Assembly: GCA_963727805.1 (NCBI GenBank)
Contig: CAVSHF010000005.1
Location: forward strand, 1-64,000
Origin: an uncultured Nitrospiraceae bacterium
Lineage (GTDB): Bacteria > Nitrospirota > Thermodesulfovibrionia > Thermodesulfovibrionales > Dissulfurispiraceae
Reading direction: 5' to 3'
DNA: 64,000 bases
The position numbers were made by a program, and so were the translations under genes. Shown here one piece after another: positions 20,640 to 30,547 of this stretch. The notes below the pieces were generated by a model, which saw only the letters and a list, made by a program, of their open reading frames with translations, had not been told where the DNA came from and ran no database searches. Position 1 is the first letter of the stretch, and each line of letters opens with the position of its first letter.

Positions 20640-21959
20640 ATGAATATAGCCAAAAAAATATTGCTCGGTTACGGGATTCTTCTAATCCTAGTCTTTTTCC
20701 ATCTCGTTTATGCCCTTTCGAGCATCGATCAGATGGACAACATCAATACAACTATCACGAAGGTCAATCAACCCCTTCATGAACTCACAGGCGAGCTTGC
20801 CGAAAATCTCCTGGAACAGGAATTTTACAGTCAGCGTCTTGTAATCCTGAATAATGAAGAGAGTTTCGAGCTCTTGCAGATGAAATTCCGGGACTTTGAC
20901 AATCTTCTAAATCAGATTGGTTCGATCAACAGCACTTTTGTCCCAGTCCGGAAGCTGTCCGAAAAGTGTGCAGTTTTCCGTGTCCTTTTGTACGAGCACT
21001 ATGGCTCACTGAATGCGGCCCTTGCCCTGTCAAGGCAGAATATTGATCTTGTCGGTGAGAAGCGGGAGGAACTTATAGAAAACGCCAAACATGTCGGTAC
21101 CGAGATACGCCGGGACCAGAACAGCAGGATCGAACTGAGCGGAGAGATCGGGACAAGGGCGTATCGGCTGCTTTTGGTCTTCGGCATTGGGTCGATCTTT
21201 ATGGCAGCAGGTATCACATTCTTACTTGCGCGCTCCATTGCACGCGCCGTCGGTCAACTGAAACTATCGACGAGGCAGATCGCGGCCGGTAAGTTTGAGG
21301 AGGTCAGGTGCCTGATGCGTGCCGACGAGTTCGGCGATGTGTCGCGAAGCATTGCAGGAATGGCCAGGAAGCTTGCGCACCTCGAAAAACTTTATCTCGC
21401 TACCAATCCCCTTACGCTGCTGCCTGGAGGACTCGCTATCGATGATACCCTTAAATCACGCCTTGACGCAGGCGTGCCAACGGCTCTCTGCGTTATCGAC
21501 CTCGATAACTTCAAGGCCTTCAATGACCGGTATGGCTACTCGCGGGGCAATGAAGTCATTCAGACTACAGCAATGATTATAACAGCTGCGGTCAAAGAGT
21601 CGGGAGCAGCCGATGACTTTATCGGGCACATAGGTGGGGACGATTTCATAGTCGTAACTTCGCCGGAAAGGTATGAGGACATCTGCAAGGTCATCATCAG
21701 GAGTTTTGATGAGAATATTCTTTCATTCTATGACCAAGAAGACAGGCAGGGAGGGACCATTGTCGGCGTGAACCGGCAGGGTGTTGAGGTAGTTTTTCCG
21801 CTCATGACCATATCGATAGCAGTTGTAACCGACCAGGGCGGGTCAATCAAGGAAACACATATTCTGAGCAGGCGGGCTGCCGAGCTGAAGGAACATGTCA
21901 AATCCATGTCAGGCAGCGTCTATGCAGTCGACAAACGACGTTTCAATGAAGAGAGATAA
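20640..21959 (+). CDS. Membrane sensor-HAMP-GGDEF protein
   Basis: Two TM segments, HAMP (DEFGDV), DLDNFKAFNDRYG, GHIGGDDF. Confidence 0.9.
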   Translation: MNIAKKILLGYGILLILVFFHLVYALSSIDQMDNINTTITKVNQPLHELTGELAENLLEQEFYSQRLVILNNEESFELLQMKFRDFDNLLNQIGSINSTFVPVRKLSEKCAVFRVLLYEHYGSLNAALALSRQNIDLVGEKREELIENAKHVGTEIRRDQNSRIELSGEIGTRAYRLLLVFGIGSIFMAAGITFLLARSIARAVGQLKLSTRQIAAGKFEEVRCLMRADEFGDVSRSIAGMARKLAHLEKLYLATNPLTLLPGGLAIDDTLKSRLDAGVPTALCVIDLDNFKAFNDRYGYSRGNEVIQTTAMIITAAVKESGAADDFIGHIGGDDFIVVTSPERYEDICKVIIRSFDENILSFYDQEDRQGGTIVGVNRQGVEVVFPLMTISIAVVTDQGGSIKETHILSRRAAELKEHVKSMSGSVYAVDKRRFNEER

Positions 21960-21962
21960 ATT

Positions 21963-22502
21963 ATGAATAAAGGCTTTTTCACGCATCCGCGCTGCACTGC
22001 CGGCAAAGTCTTTGCGGCAGTCCTCACAGGAATACTTATTCTGATAACCCTTGACGGGTGCGCGATTATTCAGCGCGTACCTGTTGAGAAGGACTGGGTG
22101 AATGAAGAAAAGCGATTGACTGAGAGTATCGCTGCTGAAAGCAATCCCGTCGTTCTCGCTGATTTCTATCTCAGTCGAGCCGGACTGAGGCTGATGGCCG
22201 ATAACCCACAGATCGATTACAGCGGCGCACTGGAAGATTTGAAAAAAGCTGTCGATCTCAAGCCTGAAACAGCTACGCGCAAGGATGTTAGGGATTGGAT
22301 GGCTGTGCTCGGCAGGCTGGCTCATCTCAATCAGGAGGTTGCTCAACTCAAGGCCAAGAATGATCAGACTGGACATCAGAACTGGGCGTTGCGGAGCAAT
22401 GTCGAACAGCTCGCAAAGCAGGATCAGGAACTTCGAAAAACTGTCGAAGGACTTCAGGCATTGGAACTTCAGATGGAGCGGCGTCGACAGGAATTGCGTT
22501 AA
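21963..22502 (+). CDS. Coiled-coil lipoprotein
   Basis: LDGC lipobox; C-terminal coiled coil; translationally adjacent to the GGDEF gene. Confidence 0.7.
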   Translation: MNKGFFTHPRCTAGKVFAAVLTGILILITLDGCAIIQRVPVEKDWVNEEKRLTESIAAESNPVVLADFYLSRAGLRLMADNPQIDYSGALEDLKKAVDLKPETATRKDVRDWMAVLGRLAHLNQEVAQLKAKNDQTGHQNWALRSNVEQLAKQDQELRKTVEGLQALELQMERRRQELR

Positions 22503-22644
22503 AATAACGCATGACTTATCGTGCCGGCAAAGATCAGTTTGACCAGCTTATCGGACAATGCTGGGGGATTCTGCAGTTGTTCGATACGGGTCGGTTTCAC
22601 GCTTTGATTAGGCGGAATGCACGCTCTACTTGCTGCTATCCGCG

Positions 22645-23043
22645 TCAGATGAATGTAATCTCTTGGGTGGCTGAGGCGATTACATAGCAGCGTTCGTTGT
22701 TCGATCTGGCATCCGCCGGAATGACGAAGAGCCCCTGGCGTCTAGGTTGATAACCTGGTGTGATTCCTACAAGAACTTCGCCGTCCCTGAACACCACCCT
22801 GATTCGGCGCCCAACCGGAGTGCAAGCTGGGTCAAACTCGTTCTGGTTGACGTGCTGCGGATCGCCTGCGAAGTCCTTCACAAAGAACAACGATTTCATA
22901 TCCTTCGTGAAGATTTCGACAGGCTTCGCCCCGGCTGGTGCGTGCGTCACACTCACATGAAAAATATCTTTCCCCGGGGAGAAGTCGGCTGTCATGCCCT
23001 TGATCATCTGACCGTCAATTAACCTTACTACGACTTTGTTCAT
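22645..23043 (-). CDS. Conserved hypothetical protein (duplicated V.F.DG...G unit)
   Basis: KVVVRLIDG...KSLFFVKDF.G...RVVFRDGE; GAGG RBS. Confidence 0.7.
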   Translation of the reverse strand: MNKVVVRLIDGQMIKGMTADFSPGKDIFHVSVTHAPAGAKPVEIFTKDMKSLFFVKDFAGDPQHVNQNEFDPACTPVGRRIRVVFRDGEVLVGITPGYQPRRQGLFVIPADARSNNERCYVIASATQEITFI

Positions 23044-23119
23044 CGGTTCCTCCTCTCGAAAAGCTATGGCGACAACCAATTCTCATTCTTGCTCTGCTAG
23101 CCATCTGCCACCAATCCAT

Positions 23120-23200
23120 GACAGTCAAACGAATGAGCTCACTGAGAGGCGTGGGCAGTTTTACGCCGATCCCTTATCCCTGCATGGTGGCTATCACAAG
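23120..23200 (-). repeat. Degenerate attC-like site
   Basis: GGATCGGCGTAAAACTGCCCACGCCTC core shared with sites near 36133, 62267 and 62641. Confidence 0.5.
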
Positions 23201-23217
23201 CCGAGGCTTCCGCCCGC

Positions 23218-23700
23218 TCACTTGGAGCATTGGGAGGTGAGCACCTCACATCGCTGGCCATGGTCTTTGGCGCACTCTTTCATGGCGACGTTTCGCGCCT
23301 CGCCTTGGGATTTGCCTAGACCCCAATAGCCGACCTTGGTGTCGCCGCGCACCACCACCGCCCCGCACTGGTTCTTGAACCACACCATCACTTCGCAATC
23401 GTTGCCATATTGACGACATTTCTGCATGGCCACGCTTTCGGCCTTAGCCCGACTGCCCCAGCCATGGGAAGTGCCATACGCCTGGTTGGCGCGGCCATAG
23501 GCGATGGCGCCAAAGTCGGGGGTGGCGTAGGTTCCCTTGTCAGTACAAGTCTGCGTATACTCGACGCATCGACCCTGATCATATCTGCTGCAGCTGGTCC
23601 AGCAATCTCGCCAGCCCCATGCCGGTGCGCTCCCAGCGAGCACGGTGGCCAGGCCGATAAGGAGGAATCGCCAGGTTCTCATTTTGCACCCCCATTTCAT
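23218..23700 (-). CDS. DUF4189-like Cys-rich secreted protein
   Basis: FGAIAY...A...C...C.V..WF.N.CGA. Confidence 0.75.
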   Translation of the reverse strand: MKWGCKMRTWRFLLIGLATVLAGSAPAWGWRDCWTSCSRYDQGRCVEYTQTCTDKGTYATPDFGAIAYGRANQAYGTSHGWGSRAKAESVAMQKCRQYGNDCEVMVWFKNQCGAVVVRGDTKVGYWGLGKSQGEARNVAMKECAKDHGQRCEVLTSQCSK

Positions 23701-24197
23701 GTAAACATACCTTCCTTCATATTTATAAATGTTCTCTGTAATTAGCAGATTATATCAAATAGCAATGAGTAATATTATGGAAAGTTTAACAGGCAACAGA
23801 TACTGTGAGATTCTTACGGAAATAAACAACCGGAGAGAATCGCTGGACTGCCGACTTCTTGGTGTTCTCGAAAACTAACCACTGGGAAGTTCGAATAAGC
23901 GTCAATCCGCTGCGAAGTTGCGGATTGACGTGTGAAGGACTAAGCCGCTGTGCGGATATGTCAATTCAATCGAAGATTATCCTTCCTTATACTATCGGCA
24001 GTGGCATCTTTTAGGATATATAGGAGCAAGTCTTGCTGAACAAGGCTGATAGGCAGCGTCTTTAATGCCCCTGTTTGACCTTTGCGATGATGTGCAAGGG
24101 CCGAAAGTGGCGTTTTCGGACAACAAGACCGTGTTGCGAAAAGAGATGTTTTTTTCGCGGGGCGATATTGAGGCGATTTTTGAAACGACCACGGTTT

Positions 24198-25394
24198 TCA
24201 TCGGCATTGCTCCGGAGGATCGTTGCAGCGGCGGGGAGGCAGAATCTCAATTCGGCGCATCTTGCCTTTTTTGCAAACGGGGCAGGTGGTGACGTCAATG
24301 CCGCAGATCCTTAGCAGCTGTTCCTGCCAGGTCTCAGGCTTGTCCTGCTCTTTCATTACGGTGTTGTGACTGTCAAGAAGCTCGCGGCATGCAGCAATGT
24401 TATCTCTACGTTTCCTGTTTGCCAGCAGGCCGAAGTGCCTTATCCGAACGTATCGATTCGGCAGTACATGCAGAAGGAATCTTCTGATGAACTCATCGGC
24501 CTGCAGAGTCATCACCTTGTGCTTATCGTCATCTGCGTAATCACGCCATTTGAACGAGACCTTGCCGTTTTCGGCCTCGATTATACGATTGTTGCTGATG
24601 GCGATCCTGTGCGTATATCGGCCGAGATATTGCAGGACGCCGCCAACTCCGTCGAAGGGCGGTTTGCAGTAGACAACCCACTTCTTGTGATAAAGCTTTC
24701 TTCTGAGCATCTCGAAGGTATGGGAATCGCCGAGATGACTTATTCCTCCGGGAAAGATAAGATCACCCGCTTCAAAGATCCTTTTCAGATGATCGAGGAA
24801 CTTTCCCCGGAACAACGCCGACATTACCCTGACCGGAATGAAGAAGCCTTTGCGGCAGGATACCCAACTGTCTCCGTCGCAAGACAGGCCGCCTCCGGTG
24901 ACGACACAGTGGATATGGGGATGGTCCATCAGATTCTGCCCCCAGGTATGAAGGATGCTGATGAAGCCGATGCGGGCACCGAGATGCTTCTGGTCATTTG
25001 AGAGTTCGGTGAGAGTTTCGGAGACACAACGGAACAGCAGATCATACATGACCTTCTGATTCATTATGACAACCGGATTGAGTTCCGACGGGATAGTGAA
25101 AACTACATGGAAGTACTGGATGGGCAAAAGGTCCTGTTGTCTGGCCTCAATCCACTGTTCTTTTTTCAGGGTCTGGCATTTGGGACAGTGCCTGTTCCGG
25201 CAGGAGTTGTAGGATATCTCGACGTGGCCGCAATCCTCGCACTTGTCCCTATGGCCTCCGAGTGCTGCCGTCCTGCATATCTCCACGGCGTGCATGGCCC
25301 GCAGATGACGAAGAGGCAAGGAATGAGACTGCCGATAATCGGAGCCGTAGCGGCGTAAGATATCCGCCACCTCCACACCACGAGACTGGCGCAT
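24198..25394 (-). CDS. IS91 family (Y2 HUH) transposase with Zn-binding domain
   Basis: CRTAALGG, SCRNRHCPKCQ, HTWG...HPHIH, YLGRY. Confidence 0.93.
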   Translation of the reverse strand: MRQSRGVEVADILRRYGSDYRQSHSLPLRHLRAMHAVEICRTAALGGHRDKCEDCGHVEISYNSCRNRHCPKCQTLKKEQWIEARQQDLLPIQYFHVVFTIPSELNPVVIMNQKVMYDLLFRCVSETLTELSNDQKHLGARIGFISILHTWGQNLMDHPHIHCVVTGGGLSCDGDSWVSCRKGFFIPVRVMSALFRGKFLDHLKRIFEAGDLIFPGGISHLGDSHTFEMLRRKLYHKKWVVYCKPPFDGVGGVLQYLGRYTHRIAISNNRIIEAENGKVSFKWRDYADDDKHKVMTLQADEFIRRFLLHVLPNRYVRIRHFGLLANRKRRDNIAACRELLDSHNTVMKEQDKPETWQEQLLRICGIDVTTCPVCKKGKMRRIEILPPRRCNDPPEQCR

Positions 25395-25415
25395 CTGGAT
25401 TTACGGCTCAGAGTG

Positions 25416-26261
25416 CTACAGATATTTTTTAGTTGCTATGTCCAGCGGACTGACAACTTTTGCCAGATTCATCTTGCTGACATGAAGATAAACGGTCGTG
25501 GTCGTCGGTGACCTGTGCCCAAGAAGCAGTTGGACATGATGAAGACTAGTCCCCGCCTCGATAAGGTGTGTCGCAAAACTATGCCTCAGAGTATGCACGC
25601 AAGCATTCTTTGCGATGCCGGCGCGTTTCTTGGATTTTTGGAATATCTGGTAGATGGAGCTTATAGTGATATGGGTGTTGTCCTTCTCGCCTTCAAATAA
25701 CCACTCCTCCGGGCGATATTCCCTCCAATACTGTCTTAAGCACTCAAGGGCAGTCTGCGATAAGATGGAGTAACGGTCCTTTGCCCCTTTTCCAAGACGG
25801 ACATAAACCAGCATACTCTTGCTGTCGATATCTGTCACCTTCAGTCGCGCAGCTTCACTTATTCTCAACCCGGCAGAATAGGTGATCATCAGAAGCGCCT
25901 TGTGCTTGATGTTTTCAGTGACTGAGAAAATCGCCTGGACTTCGGACAAATCCAAAACGAGAGGCAGCTTCTTCTGGGCTTTCGGATATTGAATATTATT
26001 GACTACATCCGCACGATTCAGGGTCGTATTATAAAGGAACTTGATCCCGGCCACATAGGTTCTGTATGTCCCCCTCGTTAAACCCCTTTCTTCCATAAGA
26101 TGAACCAGATACTGCTTCACTTCCTCTGTACTCAGTTCTTCAGGAGACTTGCCGAAATAATTCTCAAGGTTACCGACTTCCCGGAGATATTTCCTTTGGA
26201 CACCAAGCGTAATGCCCTTCAACTGAAGATCCTGCAGCAACCGTTCTTTCAACGCGCTCAT
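25416..26261 (-). CDS. Tyrosine recombinase associated with IS91-like transposase
   Basis: YSAGLRISE, GKGAKDR, HTLRHSFATH, LLGH, TTVY; no IntI-specific insertion. Confidence 0.92.
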   Translation of the reverse strand: MSALKERLLQDLQLKGITLGVQRKYLREVGNLENYFGKSPEELSTEEVKQYLVHLMEERGLTRGTYRTYVAGIKFLYNTTLNRADVVNNIQYPKAQKKLPLVLDLSEVQAIFSVTENIKHKALLMITYSAGLRISEAARLKVTDIDSKSMLVYVRLGKGAKDRYSILSQTALECLRQYWREYRPEEWLFEGEKDNTHITISSIYQIFQKSKKRAGIAKNACVHTLRHSFATHLIEAGTSLHHVQLLLGHRSPTTTTVYLHVSKMNLAKVVSPLDIATKKYL

Positions 26262-26447
26262 AATACAATCTCCTTTGAAACTGTTTTCTGCCAGCTCATG
26301 CCGGCAGCACAGCAAAGAGAGATTGTAAAAAGACTTCGATGGTTCAACAAAGAAATGTGATCAGGCAAAAGTGGCTATTCGAAAAAGATGGTACTACTAC
26401 TGATAGGCCCTTGCTAATCGAATCCACCGCGCAGCGGTTTAGTCCTA

Positions 26448-26507
26448 CTACTTAAAATCTCAATCGAGGCGCATGGTGCCTGGGGTAGAGATTATTCCTG
26501 GAAATCG
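26448..26507 (+). repeat. Type-A dispersed site
   Basis: CTACTTAAAATC-N30-GATTATTCCTGGAAATC. Confidence 0.85.
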
Positions 26508-26551
26508 TTGTGCAAGCAGCCACCCAAAGTTATCTCTCGCCGTCAATTTTC

Positions 26552-26580
26552 TTGACAATGGCGCCATTTTCTGCTGTAAT
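26552..26580 (+). promoter_or_regulatory. sigma70-like promoter within repeated module
   Basis: TTGACA-17-TGTAAT; same arrangement at 29049-29077. Confidence 0.65.
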
Positions 26581-26624
26581 GTGAGAAAACTCGGTAATAA
26601 CAATGTTGGGGCAAGGATCAAAGA

Positions 26625-27002
26625 ATGATCACTGAGAACGAATTAACTGAAGCCTTTGATAAGGCTCTGATTAAAGGACCAGAGAATTTGGATGGACGTG
26701 ATCGTCAACTTTACCTCATTCAGGATTTCATACTTGAGTGGGAAAACGGGGCTTTTACTGGATACTTATATAATAAGATTCCAGATTGGAAATATATTAA
26801 CGAGACAATTTCAGCCATGAAGACTCATGGGTTAACCGATCTGTCAAACATTGTAAAAGAAGCAGTCGACCTTTTTCAAAACTATGAGGAACCCTATCCT
26901 ACAACCACTTGGTCAGGCGTTCTTAAATTGTATGATCCATCTGGCAAATTGCAGGATTTGGACGGCAAATGCAAGAATCTTACTAACTATGGAATACACT
27001 AA
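26625..27002 (+). CDS. Hypothetical protein (DUF4375-like), cassette-like gene
   Basis: E.ENG.F..Y.YN; preceded by GTTGGGG and followed by an attC-like site. Confidence 0.7.
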   Translation: MITENELTEAFDKALIKGPENLDGRDRQLYLIQDFILEWENGAFTGYLYNKIPDWKYINETISAMKTHGLTDLSNIVKEAVDLFQNYEEPYPTTTWSGVLKLYDPSGKLQDLDGKCKNLTNYGIH

Positions 27003-27005
27003 TAA

Positions 27006-27066
27006 CCCCAACAATTTGCTGCAACTGAGCGCAAAAAGCCGCGCTTGGTGAGCCCTATGTAATATT
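27006..27066 (+). repeat. attC-like site
   Basis: ACCCAAC...GCTGCAACTGAGCGC...GCGC...GTGAGC...GTAATAT directly after the stop codon. Confidence 0.55.
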
Positions 27067-27245
27067 GTTTGTTTCTTTCGGCAATTATCGAATGCGTGAT
27101 ACTTGCGCTAGTAATGACTTCTTGGTGAAATTATTGACCCGATAGTCAAAAAAGGTGATCACCCAAATCGATTGTTTCTGCACGTACCCTTGATTGCCGG
27201 CTTGCTCTGTTTAAAAAAAATACAGTATCAAGGTTTCTAATGGCT

Positions 27246-27295
27246 ATCACCAAATTCCTGATACTGGCAAAAGAAATGACTTTCTTAGTTACATC
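27246..27295 (-). repeat. Type-B dispersed site (inverted) downstream of recombinase
   Basis: ATCACCAAATTCCTGATACTGGCAAAAGAAATGACTTTC-TTAGTTACATC; matches the reverse complement of 10141-10192. Confidence 0.8.
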
Positions 27296-27485
27296 CAATG
27301 GCCGGGCTCCAATGATACCTCTGAGTCAGTATAGGCAGTCTATGCTCAAGAGTAGTGATTTCTATAATAATCTGGTACCTTTTGACATGCTTCGGCATAT
27401 AAACCCAGTAGCGATACGGCAGTTAAAGTACAATCGTCGCTCTTAAACTCTGCAGACCTTGGCAATCGAAATTTAGTTTATGTTC

Positions 27486-28325
27486 CTATTTACCATGCAG
27501 AATGTCCATCCACCTGATGGCCTCGGTGTCGCTGATCTTTCCCAAGTAGATCTGGGTAGTTTTCAGATCCTGATGCCTGAGTAAGACTTTTGAGATGATC
27601 TCAAGTGGGACACCATTCCTGCTGGCATAAGTAGCTGAGTGCCTTCGAAGATCATGAGGCGATATGCTTACGTTCAACTTCATGCCGAGTCCGGTGACCA
27701 GGTTCCATACCGTACTGTAACAAACAGGAAACACCCTGTCGGACGGGGACAGTTTCTGACTGGCAATATACTCAGCTAACCTAACAGAGATATGTTCTGG
27801 CATGAAGGCCAACTCCTCGTCCTTGCCCGATTTGGGGCCTTGGATAATGATTTTCCGGCCGGAGACATCTGCTGCGCGAAGGTTAAGAACTTCCCCAATT
27901 CTTAGCCCGCAGCGCGCTTGAAGTTCCAGTATTAGCCGATCTCGGGTATTTTTGGACTTGAAGATGATCTCATCCACTGTTTCTTTGTCCAGAATCTTTC
28001 GGGGCCGATGTTGGGCCATTTTGAATGTTTTTGACAGTGATGCCGTACTGCAGGGACTCTTGATGTTCAAGTCGGTAGCTTCGATGATGTAGTTAAAAAA
28101 CGATTTTATCTGAGCATACCGGAGATGGCGCGTGGACCTGCTCAAACGTTCGGTGCACTCCTCTAGAAATCTGCAGATGTCATCGGAAGATACAGACTCC
28201 ACCGGTTGATCAGAAAAGCTCATCTGTAACTGGGTTAGAAACCCTCCGTAACTCCTTATGGTATTTTTCTTCACGTTACCCTTCTGATGCTGCTTGAAGA
28301 GTTCAACTGCCTCTCGGATAGTCAT
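27486..28325 (-). CDS. Stand-alone Xer-like tyrosine recombinase (279 aa)
   Basis: GLRIGE (R), PKSG (K), HDLRR (HxxR), LRH, TQIY (Y); GGAGG RBS; all catalytic residues intact. Confidence 0.92.
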   Translation of the reverse strand: MTIREAVELFKQHQKGNVKKNTIRSYGGFLTQLQMSFSDQPVESVSSDDICRFLEECTERLSRSTRHLRYAQIKSFFNYIIEATDLNIKSPCSTASLSKTFKMAQHRPRKILDKETVDEIIFKSKNTRDRLILELQARCGLRIGEVLNLRAADVSGRKIIIQGPKSGKDEELAFMPEHISVRLAEYIASQKLSPSDRVFPVCYSTVWNLVTGLGMKLNVSISPHDLRRHSATYASRNGVPLEIISKVLLRHQDLKTTQIYLGKISDTEAIRWMDILHGK

Positions 28326-28497
28326 ATCACACCTCCGTTGTTTAGCCAGGGTCTGCATAGTTTCAGTGTACGACACAATCAGCCATGTGGTATTATTGTG
28401 CCAATCATGAGCGAAAAACGCCCAAGAGTGGCAGTCAATATGATATTGGAAGAAATGCATCTTTAATAACAGTTATCCGGTGAGGGGGTATCTAGAC

Positions 28498-28821
28498 ATG
28501 GCCGAGATGACGTGGTCCAAGACTGAAAAAGAATTAGCACGCCGGATATTTGACAACGCGTATCGAAGGGAGTGTGATTCGATCGCCGCTAGGCTCAAGG
28601 AAATGATTGCATGGGTGTCCAAGCCATCCGACATGTGGGAAATTCATAACTATCTCACTGAGCAAAGGGACTTAACTGACGCCAAATACGATTACAGATA
28701 TAGTAGGCTCATATTAGTGTTCGCACAACTCTTGGATGAGGGATGGATCAATGAGAAGGATCTCGAAGGGCTGCGCGAAGAGAAGATTGATAAAATAAAA
28801 AAGATGGCTGCATTTAGATAG
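28498..28821 (+). CDS. Conserved small hypothetical protein
   Basis: WSKTEK...AY.RE...YDYRYS.L..VFA.L..EGW. Confidence 0.7.
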   Translation: MAEMTWSKTEKELARRIFDNAYRRECDSIAARLKEMIAWVSKPSDMWEIHNYLTEQRDLTDAKYDYRYSRLILVFAQLLDEGWINEKDLEGLREEKIDKIKKMAAFR

Positions 28822-28945
28822 TACTGGTCTCCATTCTGTAAAAACTGGATGTTGCCCCAAAACTTCTTCTGAAAGGCTTCAATGCGCAGAGTATGACGAA
28901 ATCAATGATTATCAAAATTTATTATTGAAATCGGATTCGCGCTAA

Positions 28946-29100
28946 CTAATTAAAATCTCCATCGTGGCACATTGGGTTCGAGGGAAAGATTATTTCTGGA
29001 AATCGTCGCTGCCATGGCACCCAACGTCATCTTTCGCCGTCAGTTTTCTTGACAATGTCGTCATTTTCTGCTGTAATTTTAAAAGCTCGTTAATAACATT
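28946..29100 (+). repeat. Type-A site plus promoter module (paralog of 26448-26600)
   Basis: CTAATTAAAATC-N30-GATTATTTCTGGAAATC...TTGACA-17-TGTAAT...TAATAACA. Confidence 0.85.
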
Positions 29101-29196
29101 CTTACGATATGTCAGCCGGCTCGAAGAAGATAATAATTTGAGTAGTCGGCATTTGTCCCTTCATCGAGCAAATATGCCGGCACAGTCATGAAGAGG

Positions 29197-30297
29197 TTAC
29201 TTTTTTGCGCCGGCTTTCTTTAACATCTCGACCAGATATATGCGTTGCCAGGCAATAGCAGCTCTTAGAGCGGTAGTATTATTATTGCTCCTCGCATTAA
29301 CATCTGCTCCCTTATCGATAAGGAGTTTAACAACTTTTTCCTGGCCTGCCGCCCTTGATTTACTCTTGGTCTCGGTGCATGCCAGCATTAATGGGGTAAG
29401 ACCTCCGCCGCCCTTCGCGTTCAGATCCGCACCTTTGTCAATGAGGATCTTTGCCATATCGCTATTCCCCGCAAATGCAGCGTTCCCTAAAGCGGTTCCA
29501 CCCGTATTATCTTTTGCATTGACATCAGCTCCATTATCGACAAGCAGTTTGACAACGTCTAATCGGCCATCTGCCGTTTCCTTGTCATCCAACAAACACG
29601 CCAACATTAATGCAGTATATCCGGCTTGGTCCTTCGCGTTCAAATCCGCACCGCTGTCAATAAGGATCTTTGCCATGTCCACCATGCCAGAATCTGCGGC
29701 CGCCATTAAAACGGTTTTGCCTTTTTTATCTTTAGCCTTAACATCGACACCTTTTGCAATTAGCATTTTTAAAATCTCGGGGGTTTTATTATTGTAAACG
29801 GCAACAAAGAGCATATTCATTCCTGTAGTGGGCTCTACAAAATTAACATCTGCTCCCCTATCAATAAGTAGCTTTACTATCTCTACGCTAGGACTGGTCG
29901 TCGTGTGCGTTTCTGCACCAGTAACATACTCATAAGACTTGCCGTTGACCGCATAAATTAAAGCCGTTCTACCAAAAGAATCTTTTGCATTCACGTCAGC
30001 CTTATTGTCTAACAGCAGTTTTACAATTTCTATCCTCTGATTAGTTATCGCGACCATGAGAGGAGTCATCCCAATCCTGTTAGTATCCTTATCGTTAACT
30101 CCAATGCCTGCTTTGATGAACAAGTCTACCGTTTCTTTGTTGCCAGCAGCGATCTCCTTCATAAAACTCGCGCGCGAGTATTGAAGCCCTTTTCGTTCAA
30201 CATCCTTCTTATAGTCTTCACTGCCTTTACAACCACCTATCAGAAATAAGATGGAGCACAAGCACAATGACATCATTATTTTTACTAGCTTATTCAT
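29197..30297 (-). CDS. Ankyrin-repeat lipoprotein
   Basis: IGGC lipobox; multiple GADVNAKD..G.T.L repeats. Confidence 0.92.
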   Translation of the reverse strand: MNKLVKIMMSLCLCSILFLIGGCKGSEDYKKDVERKGLQYSRASFMKEIAAGNKETVDLFIKAGIGVNDKDTNRIGMTPLMVAITNQRIEIVKLLLDNKADVNAKDSFGRTALIYAVNGKSYEYVTGAETHTTTSPSVEIVKLLIDRGADVNFVEPTTGMNMLFVAVYNNKTPEILKMLIAKGVDVKAKDKKGKTVLMAAADSGMVDMAKILIDSGADLNAKDQAGYTALMLACLLDDKETADGRLDVVKLLVDNGADVNAKDNTGGTALGNAAFAGNSDMAKILIDKGADLNAKGGGGLTPLMLACTETKSKSRAAGQEKVVKLLIDKGADVNARSNNNTTALRAAIAWQRIYLVEMLKKAGAKK

Positions 30298-30547
30298 ATG
30301 CGCCTCCTCGACTGTACCTCCTAAATGGTACTTGACAGCGAAACAATTTTCAAGGAAATCTTTTGAGTTAGATTCTTGGGTACTTTCGACCAGTTTATGC
30401 TTCCATTTTTAACTTTCGGCCAATTTATGAGTACAGTCATATTGTGTGCGATGGAAGTTATTAATGGCGCAAGCGCCACTTTTGACTTCCACTCTGAGCA
30501 GGCCTCTTGAATTCCGAAATTAATCGTCGAAATCGGATCCTCGATAA

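Larger units (their letters stand above)
23937..26445 (-). mobile_element. IS91-like transposase + tyrosine recombinase composite element
   Basis: 19-bp imperfect inverted repeats GGACTAAGCCGCTGTGCGG (23937) and CCGCGCAGCGGTTTAGTCC (26427-26445) bracket both genes. Confidence 0.8.

Noticed and set aside
25416..26261. Integron integrase IntI
   Set aside because: It lacks the IntI-specific insertion before HxLRH and is coupled to an IS91-like transposase within IRs.
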